Shown: in pieces, positions 21,029 to 30,912 of the stretch
Layout of the letters: the number at the start of each line of letters is the position of its first letter
Position numbering within the stretch: position 1 is the first letter of the stretch
NCBI GenBank assembly: GCA_963706325.1
Contig: CAVPLT010000001.1
Coordinates: 512,001 to 576,000 of the forward strand
Length of the DNA: 64,000 nt
DNA from: an uncultured Nitrospiraceae bacterium
GTDB taxonomy: Bacteria > Nitrospirota > Nitrospiria > Nitrospirales > Nitrospiraceae
Direction of reading: 5' to 3'
Position numbers and translations under genes: made by a program
Notes under the pieces: generated by a model
The model's input: the letters and a program-made list of their open reading frames with translations, nothing else
Databases searched by the model: none
What the model was told of the DNA's origin: nothing

Positions 21029-21733
21029 ATGGGATTGGATGGAAAAGTGGTGGTGATCACCGGAGGCTCAGGGGCCCTGGGGCACACAGTCACGCCGGTC
21101 TGTGTCCGTGCGGGTGCGCGGGTGATCACAGTCGATCGCACTAGTCGACCGAAAGCCGCCGGATGGACGGCGCTTCAAGCCGACGTAACCGATGAAGCGG
21201 ACGTCCAGCGAGTCGTGCGCGAGGTGATTCAGAGTCACGGGCGCCTCGATGTGCTGATCAATTTGGTGGGCGGCTTTGCCATGGGACGTCTGGCAGACAC
21301 GGAGGTGGAGCTCTGGCAGCGGATGCTGGGGATGAATGTCACGCCGGCGTTTCTACTCTCGAAAGCCGCCATCCCTCACATGACGAAACAGGGTCATGGT
21401 CGCATTCTGCATGTGGCCGCCTGGGCAGCGGTCGAGCCGTTTCCTGGAGCTGCGGCCTACATTATCGCCAAATCGAGCCTAATCGCATTGATCAAAATCT
21501 TGGCGCTTGAACTAAAGGGATCAGGTGTCACCGTCAACGGCGTGTTGCCCAACACCATCGATACGCCGGCCAACCGTGCCAATATGCCCAAGGTCGATCC
21601 GTCCACCTGGACGAAGCCGGAATCTATCGCCGAAGCGCTGCTCTTTCTCGCTTCCGAGGAAGCAGGTCAAGTCAGCGGAGCGGCCATTCCTGTCGGCACC
21701 AGCGGCGGTACGAAGGCCGCAGGGAAAGCATAG
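21029..21733 (+). CDS. Short-chain dehydrogenase/reductase
   Basis: TGGSGALG, YxxxK (AYIIAK), PNTIDTPANR. Confidence 0.9.
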   Translation: MGLDGKVVVITGGSGALGHTVTPVCVRAGARVITVDRTSRPKAAGWTALQADVTDEADVQRVVREVIQSHGRLDVLINLVGGFAMGRLADTEVELWQRMLGMNVTPAFLLSKAAIPHMTKQGHGRILHVAAWAAVEPFPGAAAYIIAKSSLIALIKILALELKGSGVTVNGVLPNTIDTPANRANMPKVDPSTWTKPESIAEALLFLASEEAGQVSGAAIPVGTSGGTKAAGKA

Positions 21734-21748
21734 GGAAGGAGCGAGCGC

Positions 21749-22141
21749 ATGCCGAGTACGAATCCCACCCGCACGCACCTGGACAATTTGTCCCGGTCAC
21801 TGCTTCGCCTGCATAAGGCATTGCTGGATAGCGAGCGAGTCTCTTACGAACGGGTGCATGGGCGAATCCCGTCCAACGGGGCCTTTCTTCAGTTGGTATT
21901 GGGAGACGCATGGTTCGCCTGGTTACGTCCGCTGTCTCAATTGATGGCCAAATTCGATGAGCTGTGTGAAGAAGATGAGGATTCCAGCAACCCGCAAATT
22001 GCCGAACTCATGGCCTCAGCTCGTACGCTGCTGACACCATCTGAGGCGGGAGAGGGATTCCCCAGACATTACTACGATGCGCTGCAACGGGAGCCGGATG
22101 TGGTGTTGGCGCATGCGGCCACCCGCGCGCTGCTTCGATAA
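21749..22141 (+). CDS. Hypothetical alpha-helical protein
   Basis: SD GGAAGGAG; LLRLHKALLD..YER.HG..FAWLRPLS pattern; in operon. Confidence 0.7.
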   Translation: MPSTNPTRTHLDNLSRSLLRLHKALLDSERVSYERVHGRIPSNGAFLQLVLGDAWFAWLRPLSQLMAKFDELCEEDEDSSNPQIAELMASARTLLTPSEAGEGFPRHYYDALQREPDVVLAHAATRALLR

Positions 22142-22658
22142 CGGCATCAACGTATGCAGACGGGTGATGCATGGATCGCAGCTACCAGGTTGCGGCTGTG
22201 CGCGAATCCCGGGGAGCCGCCGCCGCCGCCCGCACCTCCATCCTTCGAAGGCGGTGTTATCCTCATCAATGGCGTGCAGCAAGCCGAGGATCACGCGATG
22301 GCTCTTCCCCGGGGCGGTGGTAGCTTGGTGGTGCGGGCTAGCGTTCAAGCACTGGACCGACAGGAGACCCGAGGGAATCCAACCAGGGTCGCTTGTAACC
22401 CATGAAGCCTTGGCCCACCTCCATCAAGAAACAAATCTAGAATGGTCCTACTATCTGCCCGATCTATTTCGCAGGTCGCACACCGGACATTCCGATTCGG
22501 ACCAGATCAGATGCTGAAAAATGCAGACGGAGCGAGCCGAATTCTGCGCAGGATGACGTCATGGCGACAATCGAAGAGCTGAAAAACCGAACATGTCCGC
22601 AGGCGGTTTGCCGCCCGGGTACCGCTGAAATGGAGTGAAACAAGAGGGAGGTCCAGAG

Positions 22659-23105
22659 ATGAAGGCGCATTACTTAGGTCACGTCGTGTTTTATGTGAGA
22701 GATCTTCAGCGCGCGCTGGCCTTCTACCGGGACTTGCTCGGTTTTCAGGAAGTCGGACGCATCTTCAACGGCGGCGCGGCCGCGTTGACGTCCGGCCGCA
22801 CTCATCACGAACTGCTGTTGATCCAGGTCGGTGATGCGCCGGGGCCTCCGTCCGGAAGGCGTCGGGGGCTGTATCATATCGGCATCAAGGTGGGCGACAG
22901 CCTGGATGAGTTGCGCGCCGCCAAGCGAGACTTGGAAAAGGCCGGCGTAACCATCGACGGCATGAGCGACCATACGGTGAGCCAGAGTCTCTACCTGCGT
23001 GATCCCGACGGCAACGAGATTGAGCTGTACGTAGACGCGGATGAGGCGATCTGGAAAAATAATCCCGCCGCGGCCGTCGCGCCGATCAAGCCGTTGCATT
23101 TGTAG
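22659..23105 (+). CDS. VOC-family protein (catechol-dioxygenase-like)
   Basis: LGHVVFYVRDL, HHEL, GLYHIG, DH..SLYLRDPDGNEIE. Confidence 0.88.
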   Translation: MKAHYLGHVVFYVRDLQRALAFYRDLLGFQEVGRIFNGGAAALTSGRTHHELLLIQVGDAPGPPSGRRRGLYHIGIKVGDSLDELRAAKRDLEKAGVTIDGMSDHTVSQSLYLRDPDGNEIELYVDADEAIWKNNPAAAVAPIKPLHL

Positions 23106-23369
23106 TCAGCTCGTAGGTATGTTCGACATAAAGGTCGGACGCATATTCCGCTCTGGTCTTGTTACCTACCCGTCAATCCAGAAATTGTTCTGAATAAAGA
23201 CGCCGCCCTCATTCTCTAGATCGTTGTTTCGGGAGCCGGATGAAATACAGAGGACGCATAGGGGCAAAGAAAAGATTGGCGGACAGGTTCTTATTAGGCC
23301 GTCGCCAGGCCTGCAGGATTCTATAGAATGGGAGCTGGCTGAGCGGGCGCTAACCGGAGGTGTTGTCGT

Positions 23370-25523
23370 ATGGCTGTGAAAGTCACGGTCGGCCCTCCCG
23401 TCATTACCGTCAATCACGGCAGTACCTTCCTGGTATCTGAATTCGACGGTTCCATCACAGATGCCTCCGATCAAGGACTTTATGCGCGGGATACGCGCTA
23501 TGTGAGCTGCTATCAGCTCTATATCGACGGCGAACGCTGGACCGTTCTGAATTCCGGCGCCATCGCCTACTACGCCTTGCGAATCTACCTCGTTAATCCT
23601 ACGGTTCTGACGGAACATGGCGACATAGCAGCCGGAAGCCTTGGCCTCGTGTTGAGCCGCACGATCGGAGAGGCTCTTCACGAAGACATCGACATTCGGA
23701 ACTATAGTTCCAAGCGAGTGCGCTTCAACCTCGAAATCCTGATTCGCAATGACTTCGCCGACATTTTCGAAGTCAAATCCAAGGAGTTGACCCGCCGAGG
23801 CCACATCGAAACCGAGTGGGCCGTCGACAGGCAACAACTGACCAGCCGGTATGTCCATGGCGACTTTCACCGGGCGCTGATGATATCCCTCGAGGGATGC
23901 GACTCGAAGGCGCTTTACGGCAATGGACGCATCAACTTCGCACTCGATCTCGCGCCCGGCGCTGCATGGCATGCTTGCTGTAAATACCACATCAAGGAAG
24001 GCGACATTCTCCGCCGAGCCCCGGATGACTGTGCGCAGGCCTGTGAAGATTCCGGCACAGCTCAAAGCCTGGCGCAGTGGAAGCAGGTCACCACGCAGAT
24101 CACCAGCACGAACGAGGAGTTCTACCGGCTCTATCGGCAATCCGTCGAGGATATGGCGGCCCTTCGCCTCACTGCTGACGAGACGCATCCGAAAGAACTG
24201 CTCGCTGCCGCAGGCGTGCCCTGGTTCGTGAGTGTCTTCGGTCGCGACAGTCTCATTGTCAGCTTGCAAAACATGATGGTGCATCCGGATTTCGCGCGCG
24301 GGACGCTGAGGCGATTGGCCGATCTCCAGGCGACGGAGATGGATACCTATCGGGACGCAGAGCCGGGCAAGATGCCGCATGAACTCCGGATGGGCGAACT
24401 GGCCCATTTCAAACGTATCCCGCATACGCCCTATTACGGGACCGCCGATGCCACCATTCTCTATATCATCGCCTGGCACGAGGCCTGGAAATGGCTCGGG
24501 GATGACGGGCTTTTGTCTCGCTACGAACAGGTCGTCACACAGTGCTTACTGTGGATCGATCAATACGGAGATCGCGACGGAGACGGATTTCAGGAGTACC
24601 AGACACGTTCGAGCAAGGGCTACGAAAACATGGGATGGAAAGACGCCGGCGATGCCGTTGTCTATCCAGACGGATCGTTGGTGAAGGGACCGAAGGCCCT
24701 GTGCGAATTGCAGGGGTACGTCTTCGACGCGAAACGCCGGGTTGCCGACGTAGCGGAGTTTCTCGGCGATCCGGCCCTGGCCGCGAAGCTCAGACAAGAG
24801 GCGGCCGATCTTCAAGAACGGTTTGAAGAGCGGTTCTGGTGCGAAGACCTCGGTTTCTATGCCTACGCCCTGGACGGTGATAAGAAGCAGGTGAAGACGA
24901 TTGCATCCAACGCCGGCCATTTGCTCTGGAGCGGTATCGTCCGCCCAGACCGTGCGGAACAAGTGGTGCGACGATTGCGCGAACCAGACATGTGGAGTGG
25001 CTGGGGTATCCGAACGCTCTCCGCGTTGCATCCTGCCTACAACCCCTTTTCCTATCAGAACGGATCGGTGTGGCCACACGACAACGGTCTCATCGCCATG
25101 GGTTTCAAGCGATATGGATTTGCAGAGGAAGCGGCCCTGGTCGCCCGCGATATCAGCGAGGCCGGCAGTCATTTTCAGCTCAATCGCTTGCCGGAGCTCT
25201 ATGCCGGCATTGAACGAGGTCCGGGAACGTTTCCCGTGCAGTATCTCGGGGCGAATGTGCCGCAAGCCTGGGCGGCGGGCAGTGTGTTTCATCTACTCCG
25301 CGCGATACTTGGGCTCGATGCGGATGCGCCCAGAAAGAAACTCTACGTCGATCCCATGCTGCCGACCTGGTTGCCGGACCTTACTGTCCGTCAGCTTCAG
25401 GTGGGCAAGGCGACGGTCGACCTTCGATTTTGGAGAGAGGGTACGGATACCAGGCATGAAGTGCTCGACGTGCGGGGCGAGGTGCAAGTGGCTACCCGCG
25501 ACGCGTCACACATGAGTAAGTAA
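23370..25523 (+). CDS. Amylo-alpha-1,6-glucosidase / glycogen-debranching family protein
   Basis: AGVPWF..FGRDS, EPGKMPHE, YYGTADAT, GWKD, YQNGSVWPHD, PQAWAA. Confidence 0.9.
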   Translation: MAVKVTVGPPVITVNHGSTFLVSEFDGSITDASDQGLYARDTRYVSCYQLYIDGERWTVLNSGAIAYYALRIYLVNPTVLTEHGDIAAGSLGLVLSRTIGEALHEDIDIRNYSSKRVRFNLEILIRNDFADIFEVKSKELTRRGHIETEWAVDRQQLTSRYVHGDFHRALMISLEGCDSKALYGNGRINFALDLAPGAAWHACCKYHIKEGDILRRAPDDCAQACEDSGTAQSLAQWKQVTTQITSTNEEFYRLYRQSVEDMAALRLTADETHPKELLAAAGVPWFVSVFGRDSLIVSLQNMMVHPDFARGTLRRLADLQATEMDTYRDAEPGKMPHELRMGELAHFKRIPHTPYYGTADATILYIIAWHEAWKWLGDDGLLSRYEQVVTQCLLWIDQYGDRDGDGFQEYQTRSSKGYENMGWKDAGDAVVYPDGSLVKGPKALCELQGYVFDAKRRVADVAEFLGDPALAAKLRQEAADLQERFEERFWCEDLGFYAYALDGDKKQVKTIASNAGHLLWSGIVRPDRAEQVVRRLREPDMWSGWGIRTLSALHPAYNPFSYQNGSVWPHDNGLIAMGFKRYGFAEEAALVARDISEAGSHFQLNRLPELYAGIERGPGTFPVQYLGANVPQAWAAGSVFHLLRAILGLDADAPRKKLYVDPMLPTWLPDLTVRQLQVGKATVDLRFWREGTDTRHEVLDVRGEVQVATRDASHMSK

Positions 25524-25584
25524 TCGAACGACGACCTGCGCATTTGCGTCGGGTGTTGCATGGATGTCACGAAGGAGGTTGTCC

Positions 25585-26064
25585 ATGTCAAGCAAGGTGA
25601 AAGCCATTCCGGAAGGTTATGAAGGCGCGACGCCGTATCTCATCATCAAGGATGCCGCTCGCGCCCTTGAGTTTTACAATAAGGCTTTCGGAGCAGCGGA
25701 GATCATGCGCATCCCGTCTCCAGGCGGAAAGGTGGGGCATGCTGAAATCAAGATTGGCGCCGCGACTCTCATGCTGGCCGACGAGTCCCCCGACATGAAT
25801 TGCAAAAGTCCCCAGTCGTTCGGCGGTACGCCTGTGAGCATCATGGTGTATGTCCAAGATGTGGACACGTTCGTCAAGCAAGCCGTATCGGTGGGCGCGA
25901 AAGTGCTGAGGCCGGTGGAGAATAAGTTTTACGGTGATCGCTCGGGCAGCCTCGAAGACCCCTTTGGGCACCAATGGCACTTTGCGACGCATGTAGAGGA
26001 TGTGCCGCCTGGCGAGATGACGAAACGCGCCGAGGCATTCTCAAAACAGCAAGGCGGCGCGTAA
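25585..26064 (+). CDS. VOC/PhnB-like glyoxalase-family protein
   Basis: TPYL..ALEFY.KAFGA, HAEI, FYGDRSG..DPFGH. Confidence 0.9.
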   Translation: MSSKVKAIPEGYEGATPYLIIKDAARALEFYNKAFGAAEIMRIPSPGGKVGHAEIKIGAATLMLADESPDMNCKSPQSFGGTPVSIMVYVQDVDTFVKQAVSVGAKVLRPVENKFYGDRSGSLEDPFGHQWHFATHVEDVPPGEMTKRAEAFSKQQGGA

Positions 26065-26359
26065 GGCATTTGCCTACGGGAGAAGGACTGCCGATGGAGT
26101 CGACGTCGAAAGGTAAGTTTGTCTCTGACGATTCACCATTGCTTGGAGAACATGATTGTTCCATGATGCAGGAGAGTGACAGATTTCTCGCTGACTAGTA
26201 TGGCCTGCAGTGTGAACCAGAGGTGCGAGCGAAGACGTGCGGCTATGCCCGACTGAATTCCCGTCGCCGGCGCAAGAAGCCTGTTGATAGATGATGAGCG
26301 ACGAGGCGCGGTACTGCGTGGTGTGGTGGTGACGATGAACACTCATAGTGGAGGACAAG

Positions 26360-26785
26360 ATGAAACGGAATGCTTCGGCACAATGGCAGGGAGATCTCAA
26401 AACCGGCAAGGGTACGGTATCGACGGATAGCGGCGTTTTAACCGAGACACCGTATTCGTTCAGCACCAGATTCGAGAGTGGCAAGGGCACGAATCCGGAG
26501 GAGCTCATCGCCGCCGCTCATGCCGGCTGTTTCACGATGGCCCTTTCCGGGCAGTTGGGGGCAGCGAACTTAGTGGCCGAAGCTCTGGCTACCACCGCAA
26601 CCGTGACGATGGAAAAGCTGGAGGCGGGCTGGACGGTAACCGGCGTCCACTTGTCTGTCAAGGGAAAGGTACCCAAGGCCGATGCGGCTGCCTGGGACAA
26701 GGCGACGGCGGCGGCCAAGGCCGGTTGTCCCATTTCCAAACTGTTGAATACAACGATTACCATGGATGCGAGATTGGAGAACTAG
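26360..26785 (+). CDS. osmC: OsmC peroxiredoxin
   Basis: GTNPEELIAAAHAGCF and AKAGCPIS with both Cys. Confidence 0.93.
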   Translation: MKRNASAQWQGDLKTGKGTVSTDSGVLTETPYSFSTRFESGKGTNPEELIAAAHAGCFTMALSGQLGAANLVAEALATTATVTMEKLEAGWTVTGVHLSVKGKVPKADAAAWDKATAAAKAGCPISKLLNTTITMDARLEN

Positions 26786-26790
26786 ACTTC

Positions 26791-27489
26791 ATGGGCCCCT
26801 CGCAGGATCTTGGGACTATGGCCTTTCTCTTCGATCTGGACGGCACACTAGTGGATAGTGTCTACCAGCATGTGCTGGCTTGGCGTGAGGCCACCCAGGC
26901 CGCAGGGATTGAATTGCCGGTGTGGAGGATTCACCGTCAAATCGGGATGAGCGGTGGCCTCATGTTACATGCGCTCTGGCGGGAAACCGGACGGCCGGTT
27001 TCAAAAGACGAAGCCGAACGTATACAGCTGGCCCATGCCGAGTCCTACGCCAGGCAGGCTGATTCGCTTCGAGTGTTGCCTGGGGCTCAGGAACTTCTGG
27101 ATTCGTTGGCCGCATCGCGCGTGCCGTTCGCTATCGCCACGAGCGGACGACTCAAGAGCGCGCAACACACCTTGAGGTTGCTCAAGCTGCCTCCCGGAAC
27201 TCCCGTGGTGACCCGCGATCAAGTGCGCCACGCCAAACCCGACCCTGATTTATTTCTGGCTGCTGCTGAACAACTTCATGTGCCGATCGCCAAGTGCATC
27301 GTCGTCGGGGACAGTGTTTGGGACCTGCTGGCTGCGCAGCGCGCTTCCACATTGGGCGTCGGGTTCCTGTCGGGCGGCTACGGGCGGGAGGAATTGGAAC
27401 GGGCCGGCGCTTATCGGACCTACAATGATCCAGCAGATCTCTTGCGTCATCTTGATGAATGCGGGGTCCGACCGGACCCGCTTGTGTAG
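26791..27489 (+). CDS. HAD-superfamily hydrolase
   Basis: FDLDGTLVDS, KPDPD, GDSVWD. Confidence 0.9.
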   Translation: MGPSQDLGTMAFLFDLDGTLVDSVYQHVLAWREATQAAGIELPVWRIHRQIGMSGGLMLHALWRETGRPVSKDEAERIQLAHAESYARQADSLRVLPGAQELLDSLAASRVPFAIATSGRLKSAQHTLRLLKLPPGTPVVTRDQVRHAKPDPDLFLAAAEQLHVPIAKCIVVGDSVWDLLAAQRASTLGVGFLSGGYGREELERAGAYRTYNDPADLLRHLDECGVRPDPLV

Positions 27490-27507
27490 TTGAGGGTGGG
27501 GTACTTA

Positions 27508-28071
27508 ATGGTCGAGAAGACCGAGAAACATAAAATGTTGGCGGGCGAACTCTATCGCTCCGCCGATAGGGAATTACTCGCCGAACGACTCCAAGCGCAG
27601 CAAGTGCTGGTTCGATACAACGTCATGCCGCATGATGATCAGACGCTCCGCACAGCCCTGCTGCGGAATTTCCTGCAGACAGTCGGCGAGAATACGATGA
27701 TCTTGTCTCCCTTCGCCTGCGACTATGGATATAACATTCGCCTCGGGCGTAACGTGTTCATCAATTATCACTGTAACTTTCTGGACTGTGCTCTGATCGA
27801 CATCGGAGACGATGTGCAAATCGGTCCCGCCGTCCAGCTCTATACGGCTATGCATCCTCTCGATGCCGGCGTTCGCCGCTCCGGTCTGGAATCCGCGAGC
27901 TCGATCCGCATAGGGCACGATGTCTGGATCGGCGGCGGGGCGGTGGTACTGCCCGGTGTCACCATCGGGGACCGCAGCGTCGTTGGAGCGGGAAGCGTGG
28001 TCGTGCGTAGCGTCCCACCGGACAGCCTGGTGGTCGGTAATCCGGCCCGGATCGTGCGAACATTGGTTTGA
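27508..28071 (+). CDS. maa: Sugar (maltose) O-acetyltransferase
   Basis: KMLAGELY, CDYGYNI, hexapeptide repeats, GNPAR. Confidence 0.88.
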   Translation: MVEKTEKHKMLAGELYRSADRELLAERLQAQQVLVRYNVMPHDDQTLRTALLRNFLQTVGENTMILSPFACDYGYNIRLGRNVFINYHCNFLDCALIDIGDDVQIGPAVQLYTAMHPLDAGVRRSGLESASSIRIGHDVWIGGGAVVLPGVTIGDRSVVGAGSVVVRSVPPDSLVVGNPARIVRTLV

Positions 28072-28094
28072 AGGCGAACGGCGGAGGAGTACCT

Positions 28095-28700
28095 ATGGAG
28101 AAGCCGGCGGACGCAGCGCATCCCATTCATGACCTGTTACGCAGGCGCTGGAGCCCGCGCGCCTATTCCGAACGGCCGGTGGAGCCGGAAACACTGCGGA
28201 GTCTTCTGGAAGCGGCCAGGTGGGCGCCGTCCTCGAACAACGAGCAGCCCTGGCACTTCATCGTCGGGACAAAAGACGACCCATCCGCGCATGACCGTCT
28301 CTTTCAATGCCTCAAGGAAGGGAACAAGAAGTGGGCGTTTCGCGCGCCGGTGCTGATACTCTCGGTTGCGCGCCTGAATTTTGAGGACGAGGCCACACCG
28401 AACCGACATGCATGGCACGATACGGGCATGGCCGCGCTCAGTCTCACCTTGCAGGCGACGGCGCTCGGGTTGATTGCTCATCAGATGGCAGGGTTCGATG
28501 TAGACCGGGCGCGTGTCGACCTCGCAATTCCCCCTGGATTTGAACCGGTGGCCATGATTGCGGTGGGGTATTCCGGCGATCCGGCTGAGCTGCCGGCCTA
28601 TCTGCGCGAGCGCGAACTAAAACCGCGTGAACGGAAGTCCGTGACAGAGTTCCTCTCGACTGGCAGGTGGGGTGTCCCGCCGACCTGGTTTGCCAAATGA
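28095..28700 (+). CDS. Nitroreductase-family protein
   Basis: RRWSPRAY, APSSNNEQPW, HQMAGFD. Confidence 0.92.
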   Translation: MEKPADAAHPIHDLLRRRWSPRAYSERPVEPETLRSLLEAARWAPSSNNEQPWHFIVGTKDDPSAHDRLFQCLKEGNKKWAFRAPVLILSVARLNFEDEATPNRHAWHDTGMAALSLTLQATALGLIAHQMAGFDVDRARVDLAIPPGFEPVAMIAVGYSGDPAELPAYLRERELKPRERKSVTEFLSTGRWGVPPTWFAK

Positions 28701-29065
28701 TTCACTTCACTCAGTTCCGATGGTTGCGCATCACCTCATTATCGCAGGGCTGAGTTCATCACTCACCCGTTCAATCCAACCGTGTGGTCCTCCCGCCTCG
28801 GGAAGTCGCAGACCGGCTTTGGTTGCTGTTCCTCCGCCACTCCGATAATCGGTAAACCCACATCCATCACGGCGATACCGTTCTGTCGAAGATTGTCCCC
28901 TCATCGGTGGTGATCCAGAGCCAGTTCTCTGGCGTCGCTCGCATCTGCTGAATGACCTTATCCAGAGTGTGGGAGATTGCCGTTGGATCTCTGCTCTGGT
29001 GAATTGATACAGTGGTTCGTAGAAGAAGTTGGTGGTGTGCCGTGGAAAGGGAATGAAGGACGGAG

Positions 29066-29797
29066 ATGGGTTCGCTGACAGGTAAAATCGCGCTCGTGAC
29101 CGGTGCGTCCAGCGGCATTGGACGAGCCATCGCGGAACGACTGGCCCAGGAGGGTGCGGCGGTGGCGGTGAACTATCGTGTGAATGCAGAAAAGGCGCGG
29201 GCTGTCGCCGAGAGCATTGTGGCCAACGGTGGAACGGCCCTGGCAATGCAGGCCGACATGAGTCGGGTGGCTGAGGCGCAACGCTTAGTGCAGGACACGG
29301 TGAACCAGTTTCATCACCTGGATATTCTCATCAACAATGCCGGCCGGTTCCTACCAAAATCAATGGAAGACACGACGGAAGCAGACTTCGACGCCATTAT
29401 CGCGCTGAATGCCAAGGGACCCTACTTTGCCATGCAGGCAGCGGCTAGAGTTCTCCGCGATGGAGGCCGGATCATCAATATCTCCACCGCTCTCACCCAT
29501 CTGAATTTTCCTGGTGCGACGGCGCACTTGGGAAGCAAGGCGGCGCTGGAACAGTATGGTAAGGGGCTCGCGCAAGAACTGGCGCCTCGCGGTATTACCG
29601 TCAATACGGTGTTGCCGGGATTTACCGATACCGGAGCGTTGACTGAGCACATCCGCCACGTGGGCATCCAGATGTCGCCATTGAAACGGCTGGGTCTCCC
29701 AACGGACATTGCCGATGTGGTGGCATTTCTCGTGAGCGAGCAGGCCCGGTGGTTGACGGGTCAAATAATTCATGCCGGCGGTGGCGTCGTCATGTGA
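29066..29797 (+). CDS. Short-chain dehydrogenase/reductase (catalytic Tyr replaced by His)
   Basis: TGASSGIG, NNAG, AHLGSK in place of YxxxK. Confidence 0.88.
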   Translation: MGSLTGKIALVTGASSGIGRAIAERLAQEGAAVAVNYRVNAEKARAVAESIVANGGTALAMQADMSRVAEAQRLVQDTVNQFHHLDILINNAGRFLPKSMEDTTEADFDAIIALNAKGPYFAMQAAARVLRDGGRIINISTALTHLNFPGATAHLGSKAALEQYGKGLAQELAPRGITVNTVLPGFTDTGALTEHIRHVGIQMSPLKRLGLPTDIADVVAFLVSEQARWLTGQIIHAGGGVVM

Positions 29798-29814
29798 CGG
29801 CAATAGGAGGATCG

Positions 29815-30216
29815 ATGACAAGGCGCAACATTTCGACCGGTGGACCGTGGGAAGGGAAGATCGGCTATTCGCGAGCAGTGCGAGTCGGCCAATTCGTGCA
29901 GGTTTCCGGAACGACGGCCATGACGCCGGCTGGACTTGTCGGCAAAGGGGATCCCTATGCGCAGACCATTCAAGCCTTGAAGACGATTGACGCGGCCTTG
30001 GTGCAGGCCGGCGCGTCCATGTCGGACGTGGTTCGAACACGCATTTATATGGCGAACATCGATCAATGGCAGGAAGTTGGGCGGGCACATGGAGAAATCT
30101 TTGGTTCGATCAGACCGGCCACGACCATGGTGGAGGTGAAACGGTTGATCGATCCGGACATGCTGGTTGAAATCGAGGCCGATGCCATCGCGGCTGAGGC
30201 GACCCCTCACACATAA
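29815..30216 (+). CDS. RidA/YjgF-family protein
   Basis: GYSRAVRVG..VSGTT, VVRTR, RPATT, VEIEA. Confidence 0.9.
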   Translation: MTRRNISTGGPWEGKIGYSRAVRVGQFVQVSGTTAMTPAGLVGKGDPYAQTIQALKTIDAALVQAGASMSDVVRTRIYMANIDQWQEVGRAHGEIFGSIRPATTMVEVKRLIDPDMLVEIEADAIAAEATPHT

Positions 30217-30222
30217 GCGAGC

Positions 30223-30912
30223 GTGTTTTCGCAGATGAGCAGCCATTCGCCAGAAGTCAGGCACCTATCCAAGGCCGATCCGATCATGAAGCGCGTGATC
30301 GTCGAGATCGGGCCCTATGCGCTCGCGCTTCGGGCCGGGCGGACGCCGTTTGAAGCACTGGCGCGCGCCATTGCTCATCAGCAACTTCATGGCAAGGCGG
30401 CGGAAAGCATTCTGAAGCGCTTCGTCGCCCTCTTTCCCGGACAACGGTTCCCTCGGCCGGTTGACCTGCTGGCCACCACCGCGGAATCGATTCGAAGCGC
30501 CGGCTTTTCTCTGGCCAAGATTGCCGCCCTCCGTGATTTGGCGGCGAAGGCAGTGGATGGAACGGTACCGACATCCCGGGCGATCCAATCGCTCGACGAC
30601 GAGGCCATTATCGAACGGCTGGTCCAGGTGCGGGGCGTCGGACGGTGGACGGTCGAAATGCTGTTGATCTTCCATCTGGGGCGCCCTGACGTATTGCCCG
30701 TCGATGACTTTGGGGTACGCAATGGTTTCCGTCTAGCATATGGCCTTGACGAAATGCCCAGTCCCAAAGAAGTCTGGCGTCACGGTGAGCGTTGGAAGCC
30801 CTTTCGCACCGCGGCCGCATGGTATCTCTGGCGTGCCTCTGAAGCCGCAAAGGTGATTCGTCTGGCGGATTCGGTGGTGAAGGAGTCGGCGAAGCGAGGA
30901 TCCGATGGCTGA
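30223..30912 (+). CDS. alkA: DNA-3-methyladenine glycosylase II family
   Basis: HhH-GPD: RGVGRWTVEM...DVLPVDDFG; W.P.R..AAWYLW. Confidence 0.88.
   Translation: MFSQMSSHSPEVRHLSKADPIMKRVIVEIGPYALALRAGRTPFEALARAIAHQQLHGKAAESILKRFVALFPGQRFPRPVDLLATTAESIRSAGFSLAKIAALRDLAAKAVDGTVPTSRAIQSLDDEAIIERLVQVRGVGRWTVEMLLIFHLGRPDVLPVDDFGVRNGFRLAYGLDEMPSPKEVWRHGERWKPFRTAAAWYLWRASEAAKVIRLADSVVKESAKRGSDG

Noticed and set aside
26065..26359. Coding-like fragments in spacers (also 28701-29065)
   Set aside because: Short and interrupted, with no assignable product
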